DNA of 64,000 nt from the NCBI RefSeq assembly GCF_030684315.1, contig NC_081396.1, positions 5,580,001-5,644,000 on the forward strand, in the 5' to 3' direction. How positions within the stretch are numbered: the stretch's first letter is position 1; every line of letters begins with the position of its first letter. This stretch comes from Stegostoma tigrinum (lineage: Eukaryota). Positions 38,046 to 52,019 of the stretch are shown one piece after another. The position numbers and the translations under genes were made by a program. Under the pieces are notes generated by a model that worked only from the letters and a program-made list of their open reading frames with translations, ran no database searches and was not told where the DNA came from.

Positions 38046-39062
38046 AAGTAAAGGCATGGAGTTAATATTCGATATTGCAGTGGGATTCAGCTCACTTGAT
38101 GGTTTCTCATTCTCTTTCTCTCTGATGAAGGACAGTCCCTGCTCCAGTGGGGCTTTGTTCAGCCTGGTTGCTTCAGGGAAGGGGTGAACCTCATGAAACA
38201 AAACTAGCATTGAGATTCCCAGAACAGCCTCACATTCTCTCTCACACACACACAGACAAATAAAAGCCTCCGATTCTTATCTCCTGGTATGTTCACTTGG
38301 CAAAAGAAACTGTGGCTCCCCAGGCCTATTTTAAAACCCCTCACGCCTGACAATCAAATTCCTCTTTCGGCCCAATGTCACGTCATTCAGTCACCTGTCA
38401 GCTCTCTCCACCTGGAGCACACTTACTGGAGGTATGGAGAAAAGCAGAAGGGATCTTCGTTTTATTAGAGGCTGGAGGGAGGAAGGGAGTATGAAAGAAA
38501 TCAAAATCTGTGTAATTTTTGGTTAGATTGCTTCAGCCAGTCCCTACACCAATCCACGTTTGTCAGCATCCACCACCATCATCACCCACAACACCAACAT
38601 CACCAGCCCACAGCAATACCAGTCGAGGCTGAATGAATTATTATTTTAAACTTGCTACCCTTGCAGCAATAAATATTATAAGTGCACATTCCTCTGATAG
38701 TTAATACATAGTGGAGAATCTAATTGTGATTTTCTTTGCGGTTTTTTACGCAAACTAAACAGCAGTCTTCCCTTATCTCGAGGTAGTAGCACCGAGTTCG
38801 AAGTAAAAGAGCGATGAATCATGGCAAGAAAAAAAACAAGTAAGCCCGGAAAGAAATGCAAAGATCAGAGAGAGTCCTCAAGAAATGTTGATTGTTCAAC
38901 AGCTGACCTCAGACTGGAGACATCAGACAGTCACATCATAAAGAGCCTGCTGTCAATTTCTGTGGAAATAAAGGCTGTCTCTGATATGGGCTCAGTCACT
39001 GGTAAAATACCAGAAATGTAAATACATTTTAGAACTGTGCTGATTATGACTGAAAAGGTGAA

Positions 39063-39539
39063 ATGTGCTCCTGGCTTCTTTTCTCATATGAACAGTTCAC
39101 ATATCCAGTGAGACTCAATCAAAATTATCATTCTGTGTTTCACTGGTTACATTTCGTTGCATACCTTTGACACATTGTCCTAATTTATTATAGAAGAAAA
39201 TGGTCAAGATTCTTTTTCGCACGAATTGCCTGAATGATTCTTTCAGAAAGGACAAACCAATGTATTAAATTGCAGTGAAACGGCAAACTACAGTGTACCA
39301 AGTTCCTTCTGATACATCCAGTGCCACAAGAAATCTCTGAAATATTTATTGAGGAAATTCGACTTGGAACATATTGATAGGTCTCCACACCTCTCAGATC
39401 GGTTTTCTACTAATTTGGATGAAGAAGAGAAAATGTTTCCTGTAAAAGTCAACTGTGCTCTTGTATCTGACTCTGAAATTCTTGACTGTGCGTTCGACTT
39501 CACATGTAATTAGAGGCATAATCAGCCTTTACAAAAATC
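39063..39539 (+). pseudogene. TCR V pseudogene with 23-RSS (paralog of 211-683)
   Basis: Stops shared with copy 1; cacatgt (39501) + 23 bp + acaaaaatc. Confidence 0.8.
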
Positions 39540-40401
39540 CGCAGGGCACTCTCACCTCCCTTCTTTGAATCAGGTGTGTGATGTATATTGTTCATTGGTG
39601 CCATCATCAAAAACCAACAGAAGTAGGGTATACATTCTTTCGAGTCTGCTCCGCCATACAATTTCACTGATCCTCTATCTCAGTGCCATATTCCCACTTT
39701 CCATTGTCAGATTTTGATGTTTTTAATATCCACAAATATCAATCTCGGGATTGAATTTACTCAATGACCTGGCCACAACTGTGCAAAGAATGGATTCTCA
39801 AAAGCATTTCATTCTGGTGTTTCGAATATGTCTCATTCTAAATGAAATATTCTCACTGCAATTTTTGTTCATAACCACTGGGCAGGTATGTTCATCGAAG
39901 ACTCTGGCACAGAAACAATAGCATTCAGTGTTATCCCTCACTGAAACTGATCAGAGGTTAACCTTGTTAAAGAGCCAAATCTGAATTTATCAGTATGTAT
40001 ATCAGGGAAAACCTTGTACTGTTCTTCACTTTGCTTCTCACGGATCGAGAATAACGTATCTAAACGGATTTGTGAATAATGCAGGAAGTTGCATGTGAGG
40101 CATATCATCAATTATTTCATTGAATAGAGCGGCAGTTTTGAAGGGTCAGGTGACTCCCCCCAGCTCCAGTTCTGTGTTCTTGCGTACAAATCTCTGCCGT
40201 AACCGACTAGAGAACAAGTAGTCTGCGAGCAGATTGGGTGTCTACGGGTGACTTCGACGAATAAACTAAACAGCAGTGATGTTAGATATGGCTCAACATC
40301 GGCTCTAATAACACAACTTCAGTTCCGCCTGTGGAATCACGCTGTCAGCATTCAGCTGGAACAATTTCGCTTTGTTCAAATCCACTATCTGTTCTAAAAA
40401 C

Positions 40402-40909
40402 ATGTCAGCTGTTACATTTTATGCATTAACCACAGCTGCAGTTCTCTTCACTGGTAATTTCACGAAGTCGCAAAACATTGACTTGTACATGCCATTTACG
40501 TAGTGAATTCACTTGCAAAATGTTTTCTTATCTTCATGACATTATTGAACAAAACGGTAATTTCATGCTCAGTTTGATTTTCTGTTTAATTTTCTGTAGA
40601 TGTGAATTGTGCAGATTCGATCTCACAGCAGCCAGCTACAGCAAAACAGCTTGAAGGACTGTCGGTGAACATTAACTTTAGCTATTCGATCGAAACAGCT
40701 GTCTCATATTCCTTACAATTGTACCGGCAAGACCTGGGTAAATCACCAACATTATTGCTCTATATCCTTCAATACGGAACCGTTCACAGATCTGATGGCG
40801 TGGGAAATCGATTTTCTGCAGCTCTGGACACTTCAAAAAGTGAGGGGAGTTTCACCATTGGTGACCTACGACTGTCTGACAGCGCTGTGTATTACTGCGT
40901 GCTGAGAGA
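40402..40909 (+). CDS. Non-canonical TCR V (no Cys23/Trp41), copy 2; leader 40402-40453, V exon 40600-40909
   Basis: Intact leader, GT/AG and open frame DVNCADSISQQ...YYCVLRD. Confidence 0.9.
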
Positions 40910-40948
40910 CACAGTAACGGGAACCAGAGGGAGCCTCGTGCAAAAACA
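40910..40948 (+). promoter_or_regulatory. 23-RSS
   Basis: cacagta + 23 bp + gcaaaaaca. Confidence 0.9.
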
Positions 40949-41969
40949 TTGCTGTCATGGAACATGATGAACAGAATATGGTAGGGGGCAAGAACCGTGT
41001 GAACTGCACAGAAACCAAGACAAACGTTTTCTTGAACTGCATTGAATTGAAATATATCCAAATATTATCGACCAGGGAGTGATAGTTGTAGTATTAGCAA
41101 ATTGTTTCTCTGTTCCAATTAAAATGAATATATTCTGAACATGATACAAGCCTGTGAATAAGGAATTTATGCCATGTTATAAATGAAAGCGTTAGGGCAG
41201 GATAGCTTGCCAAAATACCGAAATTGACTCTGTTTTCCAGGCGTTAATGGATGCTTAACTGAAACAAGGCAACAAAGTGGGATGGTACAGAGGAAAACAT
41301 GTGTTTTTTTCATCACATGCTGCCTTATCCGGAGAATTCAGATTTCCAAAAGCAATTCTAATATTCGGTAGCATGTTTTTTTTTCAATTAGGCTTTTACA
41401 TTAAATGCACTATCTGACCAAGTGTTACAAATACAAATCCCAGACTGCTCTGCCAGATTGTTCCCATAAATATCACTGCTCATTATGTTCTCATCACATC
41501 CTGAAAATATACCCCTTTTCCTTTGTTATGTTATGGAGACTTAGTCTTTAATATGCGTATATTTAATATTGGGAGAACTTCAATCATGTCACAGTAAGTA
41601 TTAGGGATTTCCACAATTAGTGGGATGATGTCCATCATCCTGGAAATTCACATCGAAAATTATTTGTTCCATTTTGGTCCAAAACAGTGATGAACAGAAA
41701 TGGTTCACGTGAGGATAGGTGCAGAGTTTGTACTGTCAATGAAAGTGAGTGGAGACTTTTCCGCGAGCCTCGAAAGGAACAGTAACAAATTCAATCCTCC
41801 CATAATCAATGCAACAATCAGAATCCAAGTTCGCTGTGAACAATTTTAAATGCTGATGTTGTCGACTGTCCCCGGAACTTTCCAATCTAGGAATGTACTG
41901 AAGCTTCATTGTGTGACCCGCTGTTGCAAGAACGCCTCTTCAGGCAGCAGCTGTGACCCAGAAACCGGC

Positions 41970-42447
41970 AGCTATTGTGTGAGAGTTTTGCGCAATCTCA
42001 TGAATGTGAGAGTCATTGCACAGTGAGAGATCGCAGAGTCAGATGACATTAGCAACAAGATGGTAAGCCTGTACTACTTGTCCAGACTGTTTCAGAAAAC
42101 GAGAGCTAAGCAAAAGCACCTTCATTACAACAGTAACCCTCACAAACCTTCTGACTGCGAGCTTTGGATTCATTCATCAAGTAAGAAAGAGAGTTTATAA
42201 AATGCAGGCAATAACCCAAGCGTGCTTTAATGCGGCTCAGATACTTGTCCAATATGAGGACTCTCTTTCACTAATTTATAGCTACAGAGATTAAATCCCC
42301 TTTTCAAAGTTTCAACCTCACGAATAATAGAAGCCACCCAACGAGGGAGAGAAAGGAAGGCCACGTCGCTTTTGCTCCTGGATAAAGGTGACATTTCTGT
42401 GCCCCCAAAAACCTGCAGAACATCAGAAAAGAAAAACCTGACAGCAT
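41970..42447 (-). pseudogene. Inverted V pseudogene (paralog of 3065-3546)
   Basis: Leader MLSGFSFLMFCRFLG; SDSAISHCAMT; cacattc + 23 bp + acaatagct. Confidence 0.75.
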
Positions 42448-43107
42448 TGTTTGCAAGTCACTTCCTGTAAACATGCAACAGGATAACCACAAGCCTACCT
42501 TGATGACAGAGAAGAGCGACATCAATGGTGCACTCGTTTTCTTGGAGAAAAAATAGATAAAAGCAAACAGGTTGTCATAGACTGAGAGGAGAGATAATTT
42601 GATCACTCACTGAATGTAGAAACAACTCGATCTCTCTCTGAACAGATAAATAGCCTTTTCCTCGAAGTTATCTGACAGAAATATTGAGTTCAAAATGACA
42701 TGATGGACAGCTTGATCTAAAATTGGCTTAACAAAGACCTGCCCTTTTCAGAGCCTGACATATGTAGCTTCAGAGAAGGAAATATAGTTGTTGAACTGAG
42801 ATTGAGAGATTCCTTTGTCTCTCCCAAGGACTCGTCGTTCTGAGCTTGCAGCGTTGTGTCTTGTACATGGCATAAAAGAGGGAAAGATTTTCTCTTGTCA
42901 GTATGAGCTAACAGCATCCAAACGGAGAGGGGAAAATGCCAATGAACAGCAGAAACAGGTAGTACAGCATGCATTATATGTTTGAATTAATAACTGCATT
43001 GTATTCTTCCTACTAATTCAACATTTTTAGATTTAATTTCAGTCTGAGAACTCACTCATTTATTCACAACTGATGGAAGCAGTCATGTGGAGGCATTGTC
43101 CAGTATC

Positions 43108-43520
43108 AGTGTGTTTGTTAAGTCCGAGTAATCAATGTACATCCACTCACTTCTCACACGGTCAATATTCGTAGAAAATTGAGGCTCCACACCCTTCGCA
43201 CTGATAACAGCTCCATAGTTTAAAATGTACATCAAGAAGGTCGCAATCTTGTACAGATACTGGCAATGATGTTGCAAACAATTTGCAGTGGCTGTGATCG
43301 AATAACAGTAACTAATGGCCACTGCACTTTTTCTCATACCTCGTCTCTGAAACTGGCTCCTGGGAGACAGATTTTGCACCAACAACACTTGCAGAAATTT
43401 AAAGCATGAAAATTTCATTCTGTTATCATCATGCTACAGTATTTAATAACATCTGGCAGCTGAACATTTACGGAATGGGGAGAACGCACATTTAAAACGA
43501 TATCATTGATGACTGCACAT
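43108..43520 (-). pseudogene. Inverted V pseudogene (paralog of 4208-4617)
   Basis: AVAISYCYSITATANCLQHHCQ..FLMYILNYGAVISAKGVEPQFSTNIDRVRSE. Confidence 0.75.
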
Positions 43521-45259
43521 GGAAAAGTGTTTAGATTTTCAAATGAGTCACCAGTGACGAGAGCTCCAAATGTAAAGAATGAATATCAAGTAACAGACAT
43601 GCTTGTAGGAGGTTAATGCGAATTTGGACAATGGAAACACAAGTTGAAATTGTTAAAGTCGAGAACTGAGTTTAATTTCGAATACCATTCGTCGTCTCTG
43701 CCGATCGGCGCATTGTTGACATCCAACAGCTCGCTGCTTGTTTTTTCTTCAGTGCCCAACATCGGAGAGGTAACAGTGAACGGAACAGGGACCAGTACAG
43801 AAATTAAATTGAGTGTTTTCCCTTCAAAATTTTCAGTCTGGGAGCTGGATGAAGGAACAGAATGCAATAGCTCATATTGTGCTTGTAACTTGACCGAAGA
43901 TTTCCTTTAAATTATCTGTGCGGAATCCTCTGGATTCCCTACAGTGAAGATAGTGCGGGATGAAGGTGAACAATTCGATTATAATAGGTTAAACTCAGCG
44001 AAGCAGTCAAGAAGTTAAATGCCTCCTATTGTATGGATGAAGTTGCGAATGACTCACACATTCGAAAGGAATAGCAGTTCGTGAACAGCAGATGTGAACC
44101 TATAAACTGTGTGAGACAACAAAATCACATGTTGATATTCATAATAATTAAATTGTTCATCATAACACAAAATAGGTATGTGACGAGATTTCAATTAATG
44201 TTGCCTCCAATGGAAGCATTTGCTTCAAATTAGAGAGTGAAAAGCCTCTCCAAACAATTGCTACAAAGTGGAGTGAATCTGTTATCAAAACAAACAAGTC
44301 CCGACAGAAAATATCAGGTAAACTCAAAAGTGTTGAAGGTGTAATTTCGATCAGTGCAATTTTCTCTTTGTGGTTATGGCAGAGGAGGAATACTACTGCG
44401 GTGATACAAAAAAAAGACCATAAGTTTCGAGTCCAGTGTTGTGTTCGGACGAAGGGTATCTTGACTCGAAACTTTAACTCTCTTCGCACAAATGTTGCAA
44501 GACCTGCTGAATTTGCCCCCAGCAATTTTTACTTTTGTTCAAGGTTTCCAGTGTTCCAGTGTGGGCAGTTCTGGAAGAATTGATTTGATGGGATTGATTC
44601 GTATTTCCATTCGAAAAGATGATTTTCATGCGAAGAAACATTTACGTTCTTACCTTTTGATTAATCCAAATTGTTTACACGTTCATGTCACCTGCCCTGA
44701 CGGAAAATTTCTCATTTAACCCCACCAAGGAAAAAAAAAGCTTCTCTATTGCTCGGTGTTTAACGGTGGGACACCGTATGAACATTTCACTTCTGATTAC
44801 AATGGAGTCAATTTCACATCCAGCCAGAGAGGAGCACCATCTCCTCTCACTGTGATTGGGTACATTAGTTGGATGTGAGTCAGTCTTTGACCACTCACTC
44901 GAATGAAATAACGTTACAGTGCAGTGGGAAGAATATTCCGTGTATGTGCTTAACCTGAGCATATTAGGTTCTTGGTTTTATTCCTGTATGTAGAGAAACG
45001 CTGCAAATTAGTGAAGACTGTGCTTGAGTTTGGAGACAGATCTCCTGATGTCAAGTTTGTCCGGCCTGTTTATGCATCTGAGGTCAGATATACATAGATT
45101 ATTTGCGCCAGCTACTCATTATTAACTGATATTTCCGTCTAAAAGTGTAACTCATGTTAAATTCTGGAATGCGATGATAAAGACAAACAATAATATTTCC
45201 ATGCTTCGAAGAACAAAGATGGATCAGCGTGCCATCTGGTGGACAACGCGGCTAAATAT

Positions 45260-45758
45260 AAACCCTGCAGCCCAATGGTATCAATGTGGACTTCACCAGC
45301 TTCAAAATCTCCCCTTCCCCCTCCGCATCCCATAACCAGCCGAGTTCGTCCCCTCCCCCCACTGCATCACACAACCAGCCCAGCTCATCCCCTCCCCCCA
45401 CTGCATCCCAAAACCAGCCCAGCCTGTCTCTGCCTCCCTAACCTGTTCTTCCTCTCACCCATCCATTCGTCCCACCCCAAGCCGCACCTCCATTTGCTAC
45501 CTACTAACCTCATCCCACCTCCTTGACCTGTCCGTCTTCCCTGGACTGACCTATCCCCTCCCTACCTCCCCACTTATACTCTCCTCTCCACCTATCTTCT
45601 TTTCTCTCCATCTTTGGCCCGCCTCCCGCCTCTCCCTATTCCAGAACCCTCGTCCCATCCGCCTCTCTGATGAAGGGTCTAGGCCAGAAACGTCAGCTTT
45701 TGTGCTCCTGAGATGCTGCTTGGCCTGCTGTGTTCATCCAGCTTCACACTTTATTATC
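45260..45758 (+). mobile_element. Penelope-like element 3' fragment with 8-bp TSD
   Basis: Begins TLQPNGINVDF (GIY-YIG end), flanked by ctaaatat at 45252 and 45759. Empty site in copy 1 near 6351-6360. Confidence 0.8.
45663..45698 (+). ncRNA. Minimal hammerhead ribozyme motif of the Penelope element (stem II imperfect)
   Basis: CTGATGA-agggtctaggcca-GAAA-CGTC core. Confidence 0.6.
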
Positions 45759-46034
45759 CTAAATATTTGCTTTTGTCTGTGATATTTGCAGATGACTCCA
45801 ATATAGATGAAATAAAGCTGTGAAAAGGATGAAAACATTTTAAGGAAGATAGTGTTCAGATAAGTAACAAGGAAAAAAATGTTGATAAATGGAGTATAAC
45901 ATGGGAAAATGTGACTATTTATTTTGGAAAGAACAAAAGAACATGCTATTATTCAAATGAATAAAAACTGAAGAAAATTGCAAAACAATTTTACACGGGG
46001 ATACCTGTGTGCACAACATAGCATGCTAACCAGA

Positions 46035-46296
46035 AATCTGAAGGCCAGCAACACTAATATTTATGTCTACTGGTATGCTCAGTGCCTGGGCAGCCTCCAC
46101 AGTACATGTTTATACTTACTGGGATTGGTGTGTACAAGGACAATGGCATCAGCCAACGATTTTGTTCTGCACTTAACAAAGCTGACAGGATCATCGAACT
46201 AATTAACACCAATGTTCACACCTCAGTCAGCACTGTGCATTTCTGTTCCATGGAGCTCAGAATGATGCAGAGATCTCGCGGATTCTGTACAAAAGC
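46035..46296 (+). pseudogene. 5'-truncated V pseudogene (paralog of 7845-8406)
   Basis: YVYWYAQ/PGQPPQYMF...STVHFCSM; nonamer acaaaagcc. Confidence 0.7.
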
Positions 46297-47339
46297 CCTC
46301 CTTTATATCTCTAGTCACTACTCACCAGACGGTGCTCTCACAAACAGAAACAGTTGGGTGGTTCCCATGAAAACTGTTGAAAGATGAAGAAGTGCAGAAT
46401 ACTGTATGGGAACATATGGGGTTTGCTTGTCTGGTTATTTTCAGTCTGTCAACTTTTTTCATGCCTACAACCACCTTTATAAATTGTTCTCTGTCACTTG
46501 TTGGTTTTAGACTTCTTTCGCTAAAGAATTGAACATATCAATCCCATCCTCACCCATCAATTGTAATTGTACAATTTCCTTCGCAGGGATATAATATCAC
46601 TTCACAGTAAGCATTTTCGTCTCAGTGAGAATCTGTTCTTCTCTAACAGCAGTAACCAAAACATTTTCTCTGGATTGGTTTCGAGTTTCTTGAGTGTCCT
46701 TGGAGCTGCACTGTTTCAGCTGATTGGAAACTATTCGATACCAATCGTCACGTGTGTCTGGTGGATGGTGGGCAGTCTTTGGGAGTCTCGAGGTGAGCTA
46801 TTCCCTGTGGAATGCTTTCTTTCTGATCTATTTCAGCAGCCACAACATTTATACGGCTGGTCCAGTGTCTGTTGAATAGAAGCCGTCAGGACGTTGATAG
46901 TGGGGTTTCAGTGATGACAATATGATTGAGTCAGGAATGATGTTTATATTACTTTCGTGTTGAAGACATTCACAACCTGGCACTTGCGTGATGTAAGTGT
47001 TACTCGATAATATTCAGGATATAAGTGACTGTTATCCATGCCTTTCTGAATAAGGAAATGAACAAAATTCACAAAATAAGTATTTTACAATTGTCTGCAA
47101 ATATTTCTAATTTTTACATTCCAGGGTAAGTTAGTACCACAACATCCAATATCGGCAGTGACAGTTGTATCATTTTGTGGGTTACTTCAGATGCAAGTTT
47201 AAGCATCAGAAAGTAGCTTCTGTTGGTTTCACTGTTGTTTGTAAAGTGTAACATTTGGAACAGATTTATTCAGACAGCAGCCACTTTGTACCACACAAAG
47301 ATTGTACAACCGAATCTATACTTTGTCACTTTGCATGCC

Positions 47340-47615
47340 TTCACACTGCAATACCTTCGCGTCTCTTAGGCCACATTTGCATCTGTTAAAATGACGTTGG
47401 ACTGCTTCACTGGTTCATAGAACAGTGTGTTGTGTACTGTAGTTTGATTGCCCGTGTGTACGGTGTCAATAACTGTTGGTGCCCCTGACAATATTTCTCT
47501 GCACAAATCTATCGTATCTGCAGTACCATTGGACAGGTTACAATGCAGTTCAGCCTGCACCTTTCCAGAGACAGCATCTAGTCAAACCGTGGGCTCTGAT
47601 CAACTCATTGAACTG
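47340..47615 (-). pseudogene. Inverted V pseudogene exon (paralog of 9300-9574)
   Basis: AELHCNLSNGTADTIDLCREILSGAPTVIDTV. Confidence 0.6.
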
Positions 47616-48796
47616 CTGTAACATAAGAAACCACACTCAAACATCATAAGGTATTGAAGAATAAGTAAAACAAGGCTACTGATCACAATAATTAACACAC
47701 AATTTCAAGAGAATTCGAGCTCCAAATTGCAAAAAGAGATTGCGAGACTTCTTTGTTCATGAGAATGAAGGGGGACAGAACATTAATCACTCAGTCTGTT
47801 GATTCCAAACCAGGATTCGTTGTCGATACAGGGCTTTCAATTATGGCAATGGAGGAGCTAAGGGGACAGTTTTACATTCCACTGATAGAGAAACACTGTT
47901 GGGCGATATTCTCATCAGATTATTAAAGAATGTTATTAATAGGCATCTTTTACTTTCACATTGGCTGTCTCAAAACATGGGCCACTTCAAACCAGAAAAC
48001 AAAGGGATTGCCTTGACGGTCCGTGTCTATACATCTCCGACCCTCTCTCACTCTCTCTGTATCGCTCTCTAGCCCTTCACTGTCACCTTGCAGCACTGGG
48101 TTAAATACTTCATAAAGATTTGTTATTGGCCTTCTTACAACTGAAATTATTATTTGACATCATTACTTGCTTTTTTCCCTCAATCTTTGTCTCAGATTTC
48201 ATAAATCATTTCCCTGATTTATCTTGAACCAACGTCTGCCTGATATATTCGTTCCATGCATGACTAGTTTAATTTTAGCGTGCTCTCGCTCTGACCTTTG
48301 ATCATTATTGTTTCATCGGTTTTATACAAACCTAAATAACGTTCATGGATCAACTTTCGATCTGATGTCAAAGTGAAACCTCTACATGTTTTTGTCACTG
48401 CCTGCTGGTGGATTCTGGATTGTGTTTGTTCAACGTTGTCAAGCCAATTTTTCACTCCCACGGTTATTTATACAATTGTCATTTTACACGTATTTTACTG
48501 CACCTCGACTTCTATTTCCAGCAAAGATATTTTTGCCAGAGCAAACGAGATTGAGACACAGAGAAGAGACAAACCGATATTGAGACAATCAAAGAAATAA
48601 TCAGAGGAATGTCAATAGCTGCTATTAATTGTTGTGTAGTTGCCATCAACACTGACAAACCAGCACACTGAGCATCAGGGTAACTCCCTACCTTCTCAGG
48701 CAGTGAAGTCGGATCATGATTTGCTTTACACTTTAATATCAGAAAGAGAATGCCAACATTCTGTTATTTTCCTGGTCACCTGTAAACAAGAAAGCA

Positions 48797-49231
48797 CGTG
48801 TGCCTTTTCATCCTCACCGTAGATCATTGTCTTGTTGCCTGTTGAACTTGTTTTCAAATAGTTATTGCATATTCTAGTTACTGCAATTATTGCTCATCAT
48901 TTGAAACATTTTGTATCTGTGTTTGAGGAATAAATTGCAAAAATTCAATCTGAAAAGATCAACTGAACGATTTGGAGCAAGAAAGCATAAATCTACACTG
49001 CCGTTCTTCGACAACCTTCGCCTCTCAAACCCTCTGCTGGCACATCCGGTATCACTGGGAAGCTCTAAAAAATTTACTGAAGATACATAGCACAGGGAGT
49101 GAACAGAAGTCTCCACTTGTACCAGAAAGGTGCTCTGTTAACTTTCCTAAAGCAAACAAACCGGTTGCATTCTTTATTGCTGCAGTTCTGTCCTGAAACA
49201 CCATACATCTGTGTGCCATGAAGCCCACAAA
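48797..49231 (+). pseudogene. TCR V pseudogene (paralog of 10761-11197)
   Basis: INLHCRSSTTFASQTLCWHIRY...VLS*NTIHLCAMKP. Confidence 0.75.
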
Positions 49232-52019
49232 TCTGCAGAGTTGTGCAGAACCTTGGAGAAGAACACACGACGAGCATTACAGGCAGAGACCTCCAGAGGG
49301 CGCTCTCACGCCGATAAAAGAAAAAATTATTCAGAATAGAAAAATAGATCATACGAGAGAAACTGATGAAGTCTGGCACTAGCTAAAACGGAAGGACCAT
49401 AGTTAACATGTTGAGTTTTCAGGGATGTCTTCGAAAACATTGAAGACTACTGTGCCCTGTCCCCTCCCCCGCCCATTTTCTGCCCTCATTTCATTCTGAC
49501 GTTGGGCATATCTCGTCTGAACTCAGCGCCTTGCTAATTTTAAGTGTCAAGAGTCTATCCAGATCTTAATCCTTTTTAATTTGGAATACTTCCGGTGACA
49601 ACGCTTCCTCCTCTTTCACCATAGCCGAGACAGGAATCTCCGCTTTTGTAAAGATAGATCCAAAGTATATTTTACACGAATCAGTTATACCTCCTAATGA
49701 AATCCCCTTTTTGGCCTCTGAGATTAGCTGTACCCCTCTTTTATAAAGTTACAGAGTTGTCCAGCATGTAAACAGATCCTTCGGGCAAACTTGTCTGCAT
49801 CAACCAAATATTGTGATCTGACTTCATCCCAACAAATATCCCTTTTCAGTTTATACGATGAGACAATACCTTGAAATTTACTTTTTTCAAAGCTCCTCTT
49901 GGCATCGTTAATTCATGTGCACACGTCTGCATGAATATAGGTATGCTTCTGTGCTTGTGTGTTCATCTCTGTGCGTAATAACAGATATGTTGACTGTCGG
50001 TTGAATGAGTCAAGGTGCCAAAACCTCTCTCCCTGTTGCTTGCTCTTCTAGTTAAATGATACAATGAAACAATCTGCGTGTGAATCAACATTTATGCATA
50101 AAAGGTAGATTTGGAAAGGCAATATTGATTGACGCTCTTCTTGGCTTCTCTTTCTGAGGAGCTACATTTTGATTTTTGGTGGTTCCTTTCCATACCCATT
50201 GACTCCTTTATTTGGTGAATTACTCAGCAAGTAAAACTAAAGCAAGTATTTGATTGTTAGTTAATCAGTCCTCCATCCACGTTAACATCCGAACTGCAAG
50301 GCGGTACTTCTTGGTTTCATTCAACTGAGTAAAGTGTGGCACCTTATCAAACTTCGTCTGGAAATGCAAATATGTTACATCATCTCATTTCCTTTTATTT
50401 ATAATGTTTCCACTTCGAATTCTTACAAATTGTCCCTCATGAATTCCCCACAATACACCCCCACAACCACCCGAATGAAGACATGCTGACTGCTTTATTC
50501 TGTTGCGCATTTCTAATGTTCTGCTATTAAATAAATTATAATAGCCTAGCTTTCCTTCCAATTAATCTAACTGGCCTCTGTTTTCCCTTTCTATCTCCTT
50601 CTGTTTTGAATAAATGTTGTGAGGCTGAGTGCAGAGACACAGGAAGAGGAGGGAAACGTGATCTTTGACATGGTTCAGTGTAAAATTCAGACTTACAAAC
50701 ACATTGTGACAGATAAATTTCTGAATGAATACCGTAGCACCGAGAAAAAATAACTTACGGCAAAATGCAAGGCTCTGAACTGATGTGAAGCCTGACGAGA
50801 GCGGCTAGCCATGTGGCTGCCTTCTATTTGTTTGCTGTTAGTTATCAGCTTTCATTCAGAACGTGGAGTATTTCCAGAAGAGTTTGGAATTGATTCAATC
50901 TTTAACAGATATGTTACAATGTTTTCTATGACTTCCAGTAAAACGGGTTCTGAGGAAAGTTCTCTAAAACTGCAATGTTAACCCCACTTTCTTTCCACAG
51001 GCGCTGCCAGTAAAAGCCACAAGCTCTCAAGCTTACCTTCTCTGGGGATTAAACTCAGAGCCTGCAGCTTCTGAAACTGATGCACAGCCTGCTGCGCCAC
51101 CTCTATCATGGTCACACTGTCCCTGTGCGTCAGTTGATGCTGCTGTCAGTTTGGATGGTGTTGTGTCCTGCTGCCTTTCTTCTGACAGAATTCTGAATGA
51201 TTTCTTTCCATTGTTTGTGCAGTGTTGTCTCTTCTCAGCAGAGGGTAATGTGTGAGAACTGAACAGTATTCAAGTTGCGAGGAACTGTAGACATCGTGGG
51301 AGAAACAAACACGTGTACAATCTTCAAGAGAGGCTGCACATCCATCCATGGATGATCGAGACAAAGTTACAAATACAAAGATCTCCAAACTGCCTGGTCA
51401 AAAGTTGCTGGGTATACCAATAATGCACAAATCCAATGAACAATGAAGGAGGCAACAGCGTAAGAGTATTATTGACAGCCGATTAATCCAGGATCGAATC
51501 CTCCATGACAGTTGGTGGAATTTTAATTCAGTAAAAAAATAATCTCGAGTCCAGCGTCTATTGAAGATCGAGAAACAAATTGTTCATAATTGGAAAAAAA
51601 AATTTGGTTCACTACCTGGTCCTAAATACACGTGACACCAAAACCATCACAATGTGGTTATCTCAGAACTGCTCTCTTGGATGGGCCAGAAACAACAATG
51701 AAACGCAAGCACTCATGTCTGCAAAAATCATTAGTGATTACCGCACCTCAACTTTGCGTCCTTTAGGATTTGTGGAATGCATAGACCAGTGCCAGTACAG
51801 GCAAGAATTGTGCTGATTCAAAAATGAAATGCCTTCAACATTCCTAAATTAACAGATTGGGTAAGGTTCTAAGAGAGCATGTGACTTGGAAAGGAATATC
51901 TGATCTGTTTTGGTCAATAAGATGAAACTTGCAATTTAACTTCGATTTATGTTCGATTTTATTCATTTCAATGCTTACACAATTTCATAAGGAGCCCCAA
52001 TGGATATTTCAAACAATTT

